DNA of 64,000 bases from IMG/VR virus record IMGVR_UViG_3300020112_002303, positions 1 through 64,000 of that record; one strand, 5' to 3'. The position numbers were made by a program, and so were the translations under genes. Shown piece after piece: positions 46,988 to 56,883 of the stretch; positions within the stretch are counted from its first letter, which is position 1, and every line of letters begins with the position of its first letter. The DNA is from a virus (lineage: Duplodnaviria > Caudoviricetes). The notes beneath the pieces were generated by a model. It did no database searches, was not told the origin of the DNA, and saw only the letters and a program-made list of their open reading frames with translations.

Positions 46988-47776
46988 ATGATTAAAATAT
47001 CTAACCTTCAAGTTACAAATAGATTCAGTCTTGATTTTTTAGTTATAATGTTTGATATTCTTGATACCGAAGAAAAACTGAGTGATTACCGCTTAGATTT
47101 ATATCGGTCAAATGGCCCGGAAGGTCCGTTTGAAATGGCAGGACACAACTTAAAAACAACATCGTATAAAGATTACGATGTAAATTTAAAAAATGATGAT
47201 ATTGAATATTACTATAAAATAAATGTTGTTCGTTTAAGAGATGGTTTTTCCGAATTCACAGAAACGGTTAGATATATTACAAGTCCGGTAAATAATTACA
47301 CATTTTTTATTAAATGGAATTATGACAAATACCTTGATGACATCGTTGATAATGGAAATTTCTATTTGATGAAAAAAATTCGTTCAGGCCAACTTTGTCC
47401 TTATACTGACGAAGTTAGGGGTGCTTGTAAAAATCCTCGTTGTACAGAATGTTATGGGACAGGATATCTTTATGGGTATTATGCTCCGATAAAAATAAAA
47501 ATATCGTTTCAAGCTCCTTCACAAGAAAATGAATCTGTGAACAGAATAGGAATTACCAATGATGATGCTCCTTATCAAGTATGGTGCGGTTCATATCCTA
47601 TAATAGCTGTTGGTGATATTCTTGTCGGAACAAATCAGCTCGGTGGCAGATATAAAGTTATATCTGTAACCCAGACAACATATCAAAATTTAGTTGTCAG
47701 CCAGAGAGTTGTAATGCAAACAATCGCTCCAACAGATATAGCATATTCAATTCCAATGGAAAGAGAGGGATTTTAG
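46988..47776 (+). CDS. putative head-closure/neck protein (FnIII-like + Zn finger)
   Basis: LYRS..GPF, YYYKI; CP...CTECYGTG. Confidence 0.55.
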   Translation: MIKISNLQVTNRFSLDFLVIMFDILDTEEKLSDYRLDLYRSNGPEGPFEMAGHNLKTTSYKDYDVNLKNDDIEYYYKINVVRLRDGFSEFTETVRYITSPVNNYTFFIKWNYDKYLDDIVDNGNFYLMKKIRSGQLCPYTDEVRGACKNPRCTECYGTGYLYGYYAPIKIKISFQAPSQENESVNRIGITNDDAPYQVWCGSYPIIAVGDILVGTNQLGGRYKVISVTQTTYQNLVVSQRVVMQTIAPTDIAYSIPMEREGF

Positions 47777-47777
47777 T

Positions 47778-48428
47778 ATGTCGGATAGTTCAGTTACAAA
47801 TAATATTATCCCTCCGGTCAGAAAAAATTTCGATGAACATTATGAAATTGAAAAAAAATTAAAAAAATATTTGCAAGAATCATTTAGTACAGATAGAACT
47901 TTTAAGTATTCAAGAGATATTTCTGATTCGAAACTTAGAATTGCAGTAGAATACCCTGATATAAACGAAACACCAGATTTCGTACCACACATTGTAATTT
48001 CTAATATTTCTACATCAAATAATCCTAATGCAACCCTTTTTCATAACTTTTTTAGGGATGTAAAAGATGAAAACGGCAATATTTTGTATGAAGAACAGTT
48101 GTATTTTTTGCGATATAGTGTTACAATGTTTTGTGTAGCAGGGAATTCCTCTTTATGCAAAGATCTTTCGACTAAATTGCAAAGAAAACTTTCCGTTACA
48201 GATGTTTATTATATTAGTGATATTATGAATCTTAATATTGAGGGTGATGTTGTTAAAGGTCCTGCGACTCTTAGACAACAATTTCCCGTAAAGATGTATG
48301 AAAGTGCTGTTCAGTTTAGCGGAACTATGTGCTGTATGTACAGAAGAAAATACGGAAATACCGACTTTATTACAGATGTACCATTAACAGATATAACTGT
48401 TAAAGTAGAAGATTTTAACGAACAATAA
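47778..48428 (+). CDS. putative tail terminator/completion protein
   Basis: immediately upstream of sheath; EYP...P.IVI. Confidence 0.5.
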   Translation: MSDSSVTNNIIPPVRKNFDEHYEIEKKLKKYLQESFSTDRTFKYSRDISDSKLRIAVEYPDINETPDFVPHIVISNISTSNNPNATLFHNFFRDVKDENGNILYEEQLYFLRYSVTMFCVAGNSSLCKDLSTKLQRKLSVTDVYYISDIMNLNIEGDVVKGPATLRQQFPVKMYESAVQFSGTMCCMYRRKYGNTDFITDVPLTDITVKVEDFNEQ

Positions 48429-48452
48429 ATATAAGAAAGGATTGATTCCAAT

Positions 48453-50318
48453 ATGTTAACAAACAAAAGAGCATATACTGAGCCGGGTGCATTCCTTAAG
48501 CTCGTAGATGCTACAGAAACCAATAACACGGCAACATCCAATATGGTGCCATTGTTTATCGGTACCGCTGGAAACTATGTTTTCAAAAACAGTAATCGAG
48601 TTACCAGAGGAGAAGCAAGCACAACTACAGGGTCAGTAACAACAATAAAATACGACAGTATCGATGTAGATGGAAACATTTCATCTTCCGGCAGCGAACC
48701 TTCCAACATTGTATCTCTCGGTTTTAGACCTGACCAAGAAGATTTTGTAGCCGGCGAACTAACTAAGTCGAGTGATATATATACTCTGACTGACTCTGAA
48801 CCTTCCGACTGGTCAAAAAACTACAAATCGTATTATACAGTGGCCACTTATGCTGCTGTAACAGGTTCGACTGCTCCAGTTTGGGTTGCAAAAAAATATT
48901 TCTCTAAATCCGGAAATGTGTACACATTAACAACAACGCAACCTGCTGATTGGGCAACAACTTACACATCTTATTATACGGCTGCTACTTATGCTGCTGT
49001 AACAGGTTCTACTGCTCCTACTTGGGTTGTAAATACCTATTACTCAAAACACAATCCTGTAATAGGAGTAACTAACGACTATGCAACAGAAGTAATTTAT
49101 GATTCCGCTACAAAAAAATCAACAATCAATATCTATTGGAGCGTTGCTGGTTGTGCTAAGATTTTTACAGGATCTTATTACTATGTAAAGTATAAATTGC
49201 CACTTGGTTTCGGAATAAGCGAAGTAATGACTATTAGTGATGCTTCTAAAATTACAGAAACCTTGGGCGAATACACTTATATAGAAGGTACAGGAAGTAG
49301 TGCAACAAAAAAGATTAATCAACTTGCACTCGCAGTATATTTAGCATTAACTAATGGCGCGCCGTATGTTTATGCCCTCCCAATAAGCGAACCCAGTGGC
49401 ACAGAAACATACGCTTCATTGTATGCGAAGGCGCTTGCAGACAAAGCAGCATTTGTTAGTGATATTTGGAGAATTGTTCCTGTTGATATGCCTAAAATTG
49501 ATCAAAATCAAATTACAGTTCAAGATATTGCAGAATACAAGAGTATTCATGCTGCAGTCGATACTCATATCACAGCATGTTCTTCTTATGAAGAGAGAAA
49601 AGAGCGCACAGCGATTTATGGATTTGTTCCCGCAAATAGCGGTGAAGGCGCTGCTACAACAAAAGATGATAGACTTCAAGCAACTGCAAATTATGCAAGC
49701 ACCAAGAATAATCACAGAATAACCGTTGTTTATCCTTCGTATATATCTGTTGTTATTCCGGGAGATTCAACATTTACAGAAGTTGGCCCTCAGTTCCTTG
49801 CAGCGGCTTATACCGGAAGAGAAGCAAGTATAGTAGGATATTTACCAAAAACAAGAACAAGCTTACAAGGAATTTACGCTATCGGCGGAGATAAATTATC
49901 TCGTTCGGAAATGAATGCGCTAGCAAGTTACGGTGTAATGATTATCACCCAAGAAAAGGGTGAAGGTTCAGAAGTTTTAGTTCGTCATCAGTTGACTACT
50001 GCTTCCGATGAAAGCGCTATAACTAAGGGGATATCCGAAAATTCAATCGTTTATATTCGTGATTATTGTTCTAAGGTTTTAAGAGCAGTTTGCGAACAAT
50101 ACATCGGAACAGGTAATATTAACAATGAATTGATTGCAAGAATCAAAGGATCTCTTAACTCTCAAATATCAGCATTAAAAACCTCCGGTTACATTATTGA
50201 CGGAGAAATTACTGATATAGCGCAGAATCCTGAAAAAAGAGGATCTATCTTTGTTAACATTGCTGTTGCTGTTCCGTATCCTTGCAACACAATCGAATTA
50301 ACATTATATGTAGAATAA
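48453..50318 (+). CDS. tail sheath protein
   Basis: YTEPG.F, ALTNGA, LVRHQLTT, V.VPYPCN.I C-terminus. Confidence 0.88.
   Translation: MLTNKRAYTEPGAFLKLVDATETNNTATSNMVPLFIGTAGNYVFKNSNRVTRGEASTTTGSVTTIKYDSIDVDGNISSSGSEPSNIVSLGFRPDQEDFVAGELTKSSDIYTLTDSEPSDWSKNYKSYYTVATYAAVTGSTAPVWVAKKYFSKSGNVYTLTTTQPADWATTYTSYYTAATYAAVTGSTAPTWVVNTYYSKHNPVIGVTNDYATEVIYDSATKKSTINIYWSVAGCAKIFTGSYYYVKYKLPLGFGISEVMTISDASKITETLGEYTYIEGTGSSATKKINQLALAVYLALTNGAPYVYALPISEPSGTETYASLYAKALADKAAFVSDIWRIVPVDMPKIDQNQITVQDIAEYKSIHAAVDTHITACSSYEERKERTAIYGFVPANSGEGAATTKDDRLQATANYASTKNNHRITVVYPSYISVVIPGDSTFTEVGPQFLAAAYTGREASIVGYLPKTRTSLQGIYAIGGDKLSRSEMNALASYGVMIITQEKGEGSEVLVRHQLTTASDESAITKGISENSIVYIRDYCSKVLRAVCEQYIGTGNINNELIARIKGSLNSQISALKTSGYIIDGEITDIAQNPEKRGSIFVNIAVAVPYPCNTIELTLYVE
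48780..49049 (+). repeat. 47-aa-period aromatic repeat inserted in sheath
   Basis: YTLT..P.DW..Y.SYYT..TYAAVTGSTAP.W..Y(F/Y)SK x2. Confidence 0.85.
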
Positions 50319-50331
50319 GGAGGAATAATTC

Positions 50332-50955
50332 ATGCCAGAAAGTTATAATTACGTTTCTACATGGGACTTTTCAGAAAAGCATGTGGATCCTAATATCGGC
50401 GGAGCCGATACAAATTCTTTCTTGTCATCAGCAAGATGTTTGATTTATGCCAAACCATCTTCTGATGCTTCAAGCGCTACAAGTAGTGCTAACTTTAAAA
50501 GAATCGGTGTTGTTCAAGGTTTTGCTTACCATGAGCAGAAGGATGTATCTCCTATATTTGAACTCGGAAGCGATATTCCTTATATGGTTCCTGGAAGAAC
50601 ACAAGGTCAAGTAAGCTTAACACGTGTTCTTTTGTCGGGTGAAGATTTGTTTAACCTTGTATATAATACAGGTGACGGCTCCGGCCCAATCGGCACAGAG
50701 AAATATATCACAACTCTTCGTGATAATCGTCTTAATCGCCCGTTCGATTTGTTGTTCGTTTATTACGGAAGTGATCCTGATGCAAACAGTCTTGAATTTA
50801 AGGAAACTTATTCGAGACTATTTAAGGGTTGCTTGTTCCAGAGCAGAAGCGAATCCTTGTCAGCAGGACAAATTATTGTCGCTGAACAACTCGGAATAAT
50901 GTACACTCATATTGCCAGTGTAGAGTTCATTAAAAACAAGAGTTTCCGTGAATAA
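50332..50955 (+). CDS. tail tube protein
   Basis: follows sheath; IGVVQ, IFELGS, VPGR. Confidence 0.8.
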   Translation: MPESYNYVSTWDFSEKHVDPNIGGADTNSFLSSARCLIYAKPSSDASSATSSANFKRIGVVQGFAYHEQKDVSPIFELGSDIPYMVPGRTQGQVSLTRVLLSGEDLFNLVYNTGDGSGPIGTEKYITTLRDNRLNRPFDLLFVYYGSDPDANSLEFKETYSRLFKGCLFQSRSESLSAGQIIVAEQLGIMYTHIASVEFIKNKSFRE

Positions 50956-50961
50956 TATCTC

Positions 50962-50998
50962 AAATAAAGAGGAATTCAAAATTCCTCTTTATTTTTTT
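50962..50998 (+). terminator. intrinsic terminator
   Basis: AATAAAGAGGAATT-caa-AATTCCTCTTTATT + T tract. Confidence 0.8.
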
Positions 50999-51053
50999 AT
51001 ACATATAGAGTATAATAATATCACAAGATTAAAAACATTTGGAGGAAAACACC

Positions 51054-51497
51054 ATGTCAAACAAAACAGAAAACAGATCAGAAAGCAAAATCATCGCATT
51101 AGATAATATCTTTGATGATTTTATCAAACCCGGTCAAATCCAAGAAGAAAAAGAAATCGTTCCCGGATTTAAGATTAAGGTTAAACCTCTTAATCTTCAA
51201 GACCTTGCATTATCGGACCTTGTAAATGGCGCAGATATGATGCCGAACGATGTTCTCGTTAAGGTTAAGGCAGCAAAAGTTTTATCTATGGCAATATTGG
51301 CCGTTAATGATAAACTTATAGAGTCGGATGACGAAAACGAGGAATCAAAACTTAGAGAAGCACTATACAAGAATCTTATGAAACTTCCTGCAATTGTAGT
51401 TCAAAAATCGTATGAATTTTATTTAGATATATCTAAAAAGAGAGACGAGCTGTTTATTAATAGCAAAGAGGTAAGCGAAACGCTCGAAAATTTTTAG
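51054..51497 (+). CDS. tail assembly chaperone (G-like)
   Basis: between tube and TMP; ends at slippery site. Confidence 0.75.
   Translation: MSNKTENRSESKIIALDNIFDDFIKPGQIQEEKEIVPGFKIKVKPLNLQDLALSDLVNGADMMPNDVLVKVKAAKVLSMAILAVNDKLIESDDENEESKLREALYKNLMKLPAIVVQKSYEFYLDISKKRDELFINSKEVSETLENF
51488..51494 (+). other. programmed -1 frameshift heptamer A AAT TTT
   Basis: GAA AAT TTT TAG; -1 frame is open into ORF 51527-51919. Confidence 0.8.
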
Positions 51498-51919
51498 GTA
51501 CCTCTTCCGGAGAAATAATCTCAACTGTGCTTTATTATAAAAACGGGGTTATAACTGAAGACCGCTTTCAGAAAATGACTCCGTTTCAGTGGTTATTTCA
51601 CTATCTGGAAATTATGAAACATAAAAAGGATAATATTAAAAATATATTAGAGCCAACGGTAGAAGAAATCAGACAGCTTTTAATTTTTGTTGGCTCCTGC
51701 TCTGACGAAGAAAGAGCAAGAGCTCTTGTAGAGGAATTGTATAAAAAGAAAGAAAATAAACTTAGCGAGACCGACGAAGAGCAAATTACGGAGCTTAAGA
51801 AAGCACCGAGGGAGCTTGAAGTAAAAATTAGTGAAGGAATTGAAACAATAAGAAAAGAAGATTCCGATAAAATACTAAAAAAGTTTATCCCTAAATTAGA
51901 ATATTACGAAAAGAAGTGA
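51494..51919 (+). CDS. tail chaperone frameshift extension (GT-like)
   Basis: -1 frame LGTSSGEIISTVLYY...MTPFQWLFHY. Confidence 0.7.
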   Translation, partial: LGTSSGEIISTVLYYKNGVITEDRFQKMTPFQWLFHYLEIMKHKKDNIKNILEPTVEEIRQLLIFVGSCSDEERARALVEELYKKKENKLSETDEEQITELKKAPRELEVKISEGIETIRKEDSDKILKKFIPKLEYYEKK

Positions 51920-54900
51920 TTTCATTGAGGCAAGACGGCGCCATGAACTATAACGACGAATCTTTACAGGAACTCGTCTCATTATCAAGAGAACAACTTA
52001 ATATTATGCAACAGCTTAATGTTAAATCTAACCCTGGAGGTATTTCAAGGATTGGTTCCGGGCAAGGTATTGCTGAGTATTCTGATATTCCGAGAGATGA
52101 AACGGAAGGACTGTTCAGTAGACTTTCAAAACAAGCCTCGGAAATGGGTAAAGATTTAAAGGAGAAAATGAGTAGGGCTCAGCAAGTTTCTCCCGAAGCA
52201 ACAAGTTATAGAAGCATGGATAAAAGTTCGTCCGGCGCATCCACGATAATGAGTGTTGTAGGAAATCTCGGAGCAAACGCATTAGGTGCTGCATCAAAAA
52301 GTCTTTTAGGTATGACAGTGATTCCTGCGGCTATAGGTGCTTATGTTGGATACGGAGTAAATCAGTTTGGTAATGTCAACGATATAGCTAAATATTCTCA
52401 AAGGTTTTCTACTAATTATATAGACTTTACAGAATCAAACAATAACAGAGGTAGCTCAGGATTTAGCGTAAGAGAGTCTTATGAGGTTGGTAGAGGAATA
52501 TATAATCTCGCCCCCAAAATGCGTATGAGCGTAGATACAATGAAAGATTTGACTATGCAATATTCCGAAAGCGGATTGCTTCGTAATGCATCAGATACTT
52601 CTTCTGTTATATCCAAAATAGAAGAACTTACAACTCAAGCAAAACAAATGGGAATTCTTCTTAATGAAATGAATGAAAACGGCAAAGTTGTAGCCCAAAT
52701 GGCTCAACTTTATAAAATGGGTGTTGGTACATCAAATTCTACAACTATCGCAGCAAGAACTAATCTTGCTAGCGGATTTCTCGGCGTTAATGCATCAACT
52801 CTCATGGACGCTACCGTACAAAATACAGCAAATATAGTAAGTGGTACAGGCATTTCCGCAACAAGTGTCGCAGGCGATATTTCTTCTGCAAACCTTGTTG
52901 GCGGAATGATGTATTCTCAGCTTGACAAATCAGGCACAATGACTTATGCTCAACGCCAAGCGTACAACTATATGAATAATATAGGTAAAGAAAATGTTGG
53001 CACGGAAATAACACAGTTAACGCAAGGTATTCTTAGTAGCAGTTTTACTGCTCCATTTCTTGCTTCTATTTACAAGTATGATGCATCTTCGGGACAAATG
53101 GTGATTGACCCATCCGCATTTAGTCAAGTTAGCAGTATGAGCAGTCTTACCCAAATGGGTCAATTAGGAAGCTCTAACTTGCAGGCTGCAGGTGTAACTA
53201 ATCCGAGCGCCGTTACAGAATTTATGAGCACAGCAGGAACTCGTGCAATGAATGATTTAGGAACAGTAGATAGAATCTCTCTTATTAAATCATTAGTTCA
53301 AAAAATAAAAAATCAATCTGGCGGAAGGCTTTCTGATATACAGATACTTCAAAGCTATTTTGGATTTTCATCAGAACAAGCAGCCCTAATGTCTACTTAT
53401 TTAAGTATTGATACTAATACGCTCGTTTCAGCTCAAGCCGTAACAAATACGCAAGAAAGCATGTCTGAAACGAGAGCAGCATTATATGGCGGATTAGGAG
53501 GATCGGTAAGTTCTTTTTTCGGTTCTATAGGTCAAGGTATAGCATCGCCTTTCGTTGCTATCGGATCAGGACTATCTTCATTAGGGTCCGATATAGGAAA
53601 AATAGGCGAGACTATTTGGTACGGAGACCAAATGTATGCAAATGATTTTGTTACTAATACGGATTTCTTTAATGTGGATCAAGACGAAAAAACAAAAAGA
53701 ATTAAAGCATGGAACGAACAAACAGCCAACACAAAATCACTTTATGACAATTTGTCCAGCAAACAAAAAGCTGCAATTAAAGGTTTAGGTTTCAGTCATA
53801 TAGGTGAAGATTTTGTTAATGCAGATGAAGTAGAATATGACAAATATGGTAAAATCAAAATAAGTTCTATGAATTTTGATGTTCTTGAAGACGGATATTC
53901 TTCAAAAGACATCGAAAACATGATAAAGCTCAAAAATCTCGGTATTACATCATCAAAAGAAATTACTCAATTATTGTACGAAGGGGAAAAATTCGGATTA
54001 AGTGACGATTCATATGAAGATATGGTAAAATGGATAAGGAATCCAGATGTTGATACAGTAAAAGTCATGAAATATCTTAATGATGCGGACACGGAAACAC
54101 TGCAAAGTATTTATAAGGAAAAAACTAATATTGAAGACCAGCAAGCCGATTTAGTTAAAAAAGCCATCGTCAGTCAAAAAATAAATGATAACCCTAATAA
54201 TAGTGCATGGGGTGGATTAAAACAATGGAGTGCCGAAAATAAAAAAGGAACTCGTTTTCTTGGTGATGCTCTTCTTGTAACTGGTGCTGCGCAAACAGCA
54301 TATACGATAGGACTTGCAGGAACAGCGGCCGCAGCCAGCACAACAGCATTGACCGTTGCGGGTTCTTCAACCGCACTGACCGTTGCAGGCACAGCCGCAG
54401 CAGGAGGAATGGCGGCTGCAGGATTATCTGCTGCGGCAACCGGCGTAGGAATTGGTGTTGGTGTAGCATTATTGATAGGTGCAGCATTACTTTATGCGTC
54501 ATCTATGGGTAATGAAGACGCAGAATTTCTACAAAAGATGAAAGAAAAAGTAGACAACGGAGAAACCTTAACTGAAGCAGAGACTAAAAAAGTGAATCGC
54601 CTTCTCGATGAGCATAACAAGGCCACAGCCAAAAATATTCTTAATACTTTTGAAAGTGGTAAAGGAATAACCGATGAGAACGGCAATTATTTAAAAACAA
54701 GCAAGAACAGAGAAACACAGCAAGGATTGAACTTGATTAATAATAATGTTGTTGATGAAGTTACCGGTCTTTCTGCAAAAGATATTCTTGAAAACACTGC
54801 TACTGCTAAAAAATATTTTGCAGAACATACTAACCAAACTGCCGAGGATGCAGTACAAAGAATGACTCTTAAATACAGCACGGTTTCAAAGAACGTTCTT

Positions 54901-55095
54901 AGTGCAATGACTGAAACCAATATAGCCGAAGAAGTCGTTGAAAATCCGCTACTCGGAAGAATCGATAAGAGTGTTCTTGGTATCTATAATTTGATGTTAA
55001 GAGATGCTGGCAAGGATGAAGATTGGGCTAATGAAAATCTATACGGCGAGAATAGCATTTATCATGATCCCGGTAACACAGCTATCGTAAATTAA
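51916..55095 (+). CDS. tape measure protein
   Basis: 1059 aa, A/G/S-rich helical with hydrophobic stretches, follows chaperone. Confidence 0.8.
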   Translation: MISLRQDGAMNYNDESLQELVSLSREQLNIMQQLNVKSNPGGISRIGSGQGIAEYSDIPRDETEGLFSRLSKQASEMGKDLKEKMSRAQQVSPEATSYRSMDKSSSGASTIMSVVGNLGANALGAASKSLLGMTVIPAAIGAYVGYGVNQFGNVNDIAKYSQRFSTNYIDFTESNNNRGSSGFSVRESYEVGRGIYNLAPKMRMSVDTMKDLTMQYSESGLLRNASDTSSVISKIEELTTQAKQMGILLNEMNENGKVVAQMAQLYKMGVGTSNSTTIAARTNLASGFLGVNASTLMDATVQNTANIVSGTGISATSVAGDISSANLVGGMMYSQLDKSGTMTYAQRQAYNYMNNIGKENVGTEITQLTQGILSSSFTAPFLASIYKYDASSGQMVIDPSAFSQVSSMSSLTQMGQLGSSNLQAAGVTNPSAVTEFMSTAGTRAMNDLGTVDRISLIKSLVQKIKNQSGGRLSDIQILQSYFGFSSEQAALMSTYLSIDTNTLVSAQAVTNTQESMSETRAALYGGLGGSVSSFFGSIGQGIASPFVAIGSGLSSLGSDIGKIGETIWYGDQMYANDFVTNTDFFNVDQDEKTKRIKAWNEQTANTKSLYDNLSSKQKAAIKGLGFSHIGEDFVNADEVEYDKYGKIKISSMNFDVLEDGYSSKDIENMIKLKNLGITSSKEITQLLYEGEKFGLSDDSYEDMVKWIRNPDVDTVKVMKYLNDADTETLQSIYKEKTNIEDQQADLVKKAIVSQKINDNPNNSAWGGLKQWSAENKKGTRFLGDALLVTGAAQTAYTIGLAGTAAAASTTALTVAGSSTALTVAGTAAAGGMAAAGLSAAATGVGIGVGVALLIGAALLYASSMGNEDAEFLQKMKEKVDNGETLTEAETKKVNRLLDEHNKATAKNILNTFESGKGITDENGNYLKTSKNRETQQGLNLINNNVVDEVTGLSAKDILENTATAKKYFAEHTNQTAEDAVQRMTLKYSTVSKNVLSAMTETNIAEEVVENPLLGRIDKSVLGIYNLMLRDAGKDEDWANENLYGENSIYHDPGNTAIVN

Positions 55096-55109
55096 AAGGA
55101 GCATTAATT

Positions 55110-55760
55110 ATGTCCATAAAAAACGATTTTATGATTCAACGAACGAATGACGACAGGGCACAAATAAATGTTTTGTCTGACAAAATGGATGAGATTTATA
55201 GAGAAGTCGTAAAAATAAAAGAAGCTAATGCCGGTTATATTTCCAGCTCTGTTTATGCGCCATATATTTCAAAAGCAAGAAATATTTGTTCTGATTTGCA
55301 AGAATTTTATGATACTTATATGAACGATAGGATATTATATCGAAAAGGATCTAATGCGTATATTCAAGCAATAAATGAAGCCGCCGATAAATCTGTTAAT
55401 AACATTCATATTATTAAAAGTGGGATTTTAACAAATAATGGCCAAGCAATATCAAATACACCAGAAATAACAATAAGCAATAATAGTAGTGGTTATTATG
55501 GAAGCCCAAATAAACTGGCAGTCAAATGTACTATTGCTCGGAGTGATTCTTCCTCTGTATCCGAAATTGTTAAGACTAAAGGTAGTTTTCCGGAAATATA
55601 TCCAGGTAATATAAAAATAATTTCATTAACAAAACCTACATTTTCCGGCGCAGGTGGCACGTACACAAAAATGGTCACAGAAATACTTAAATATTATGAC
55701 GATGATTCAGGATACGATGTAATTGCTTCTTATCTCGAAAGTTGCAATCTAACCTTTTAA
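55110..55760 (+). CDS. hypothetical tail-region protein
   Basis: operonic, AAGGAG RBS. Confidence 0.6.
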   Translation: MSIKNDFMIQRTNDDRAQINVLSDKMDEIYREVVKIKEANAGYISSSVYAPYISKARNICSDLQEFYDTYMNDRILYRKGSNAYIQAINEAADKSVNNIHIIKSGILTNNGQAISNTPEITISNNSSGYYGSPNKLAVKCTIARSDSSSVSEIVKTKGSFPEIYPGNIKIISLTKPTFSGAGGTYTKMVTEILKYYDDDSGYDVIASYLESCNLTF

Positions 55761-55777
55761 TGATAGGAGAAATATAA

Positions 55778-56872
55778 ATGGCTATTAAAAACGAATACAA
55801 GGGAACTGTCATTGAAGCTGATTTGAACAAGAGAAGCTGTTTTGTTTTCAGTCTTTTAAGCGACGAAAAAATGATAGATTACAGTATGTACACATCCACA
55901 TCTTCGTATGTTAATGTTCTTAATAACGCATATCTAAATAACTCTATGGATATTGCTCCGTATCATATAGTTGTTGGAAAAGACGAAATTATTTTTAACA
56001 AAAATTTATATCAAGCAGTTAATTTCTCGGACGAAAGAAAAATATATAATAATGACATTTCAATTTTATTTTGCGTAGAATCTCTGTTCGATATTCCAAA
56101 CAAAATATTTGCGAGTCTTGCAAAATCAATAGCACAATGTTCTATTGATTTTCAACTTTATATAAACGACATCGTTATGTTTAACGAGCCTGATTTAATT
56201 GTATTTCATGATAAATTATTATTGTTAAAAAAGATATCTGTAATGATTAGAAATTATTATGAACCAATTTTTTCTGTTGCAGAAGATTATTTGCTTGATT
56301 TGAGTGAAGTTGTTCATACTGAAAGTATCCCGGTATCAAGAATGATTACGGGGTACACTTTTACTGTATCGAACTTAAATTGTGAGGAAACACCGGTATT
56401 TATTTTCTTAAAAACGCCAATCAGTTATGACCTTAATGTTCCATTATTGTTTGGTGATTTTACTCAAAAATATAAACCGGAATTGCTTTCAAGTAGTTTT
56501 ACAATTCGAAAGAACGCTAGCGGGGTAGGGATTAATTATCCTGCTACAATTTATAAATTTAATAACAAAGATACATATATTAAAAACGAATCTATATCGA
56601 TAAAAAAAGTGAGTCCGTCCAATAATGATTCTGAATATAAAAGAATATCTCAAGCGTATGATGCTATAATTAAACAAGACGGCGTTGATGTAAATCTTTT
56701 TGATAAAATAAATCCTATCAGACAAAATGCACCCGAATCATTAAAAACAATGAAAGAATTAGGTATGTCATTTATGTTTGTTCCAAAACGATTCGATACA
56801 GATAACGATAAGACCGCTCTCACAAAAATAAAAAAATCTCAAATGCAATTCGAAAAAATTAAAAATCTTTAA
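55778..56872 (+). CDS. tail-region protein, possible degenerate amidase/PGRP fold
   Basis: DIAPYHIVVGKD..I and ISILFC resemble Amidase_2 core without clear Zn ligands. Confidence 0.4.
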   Translation: MAIKNEYKGTVIEADLNKRSCFVFSLLSDEKMIDYSMYTSTSSYVNVLNNAYLNNSMDIAPYHIVVGKDEIIFNKNLYQAVNFSDERKIYNNDISILFCVESLFDIPNKIFASLAKSIAQCSIDFQLYINDIVMFNEPDLIVFHDKLLLLKKISVMIRNYYEPIFSVAEDYLLDLSEVVHTESIPVSRMITGYTFTVSNLNCEETPVFIFLKTPISYDLNVPLLFGDFTQKYKPELLSSSFTIRKNASGVGINYPATIYKFNNKDTYIKNESISIKKVSPSNNDSEYKRISQAYDAIIKQDGVDVNLFDKINPIRQNAPESLKTMKELGMSFMFVPKRFDTDNDKTALTKIKKSQMQFEKIKNL

Positions 56873-56883
56873 GGGGGGATATT

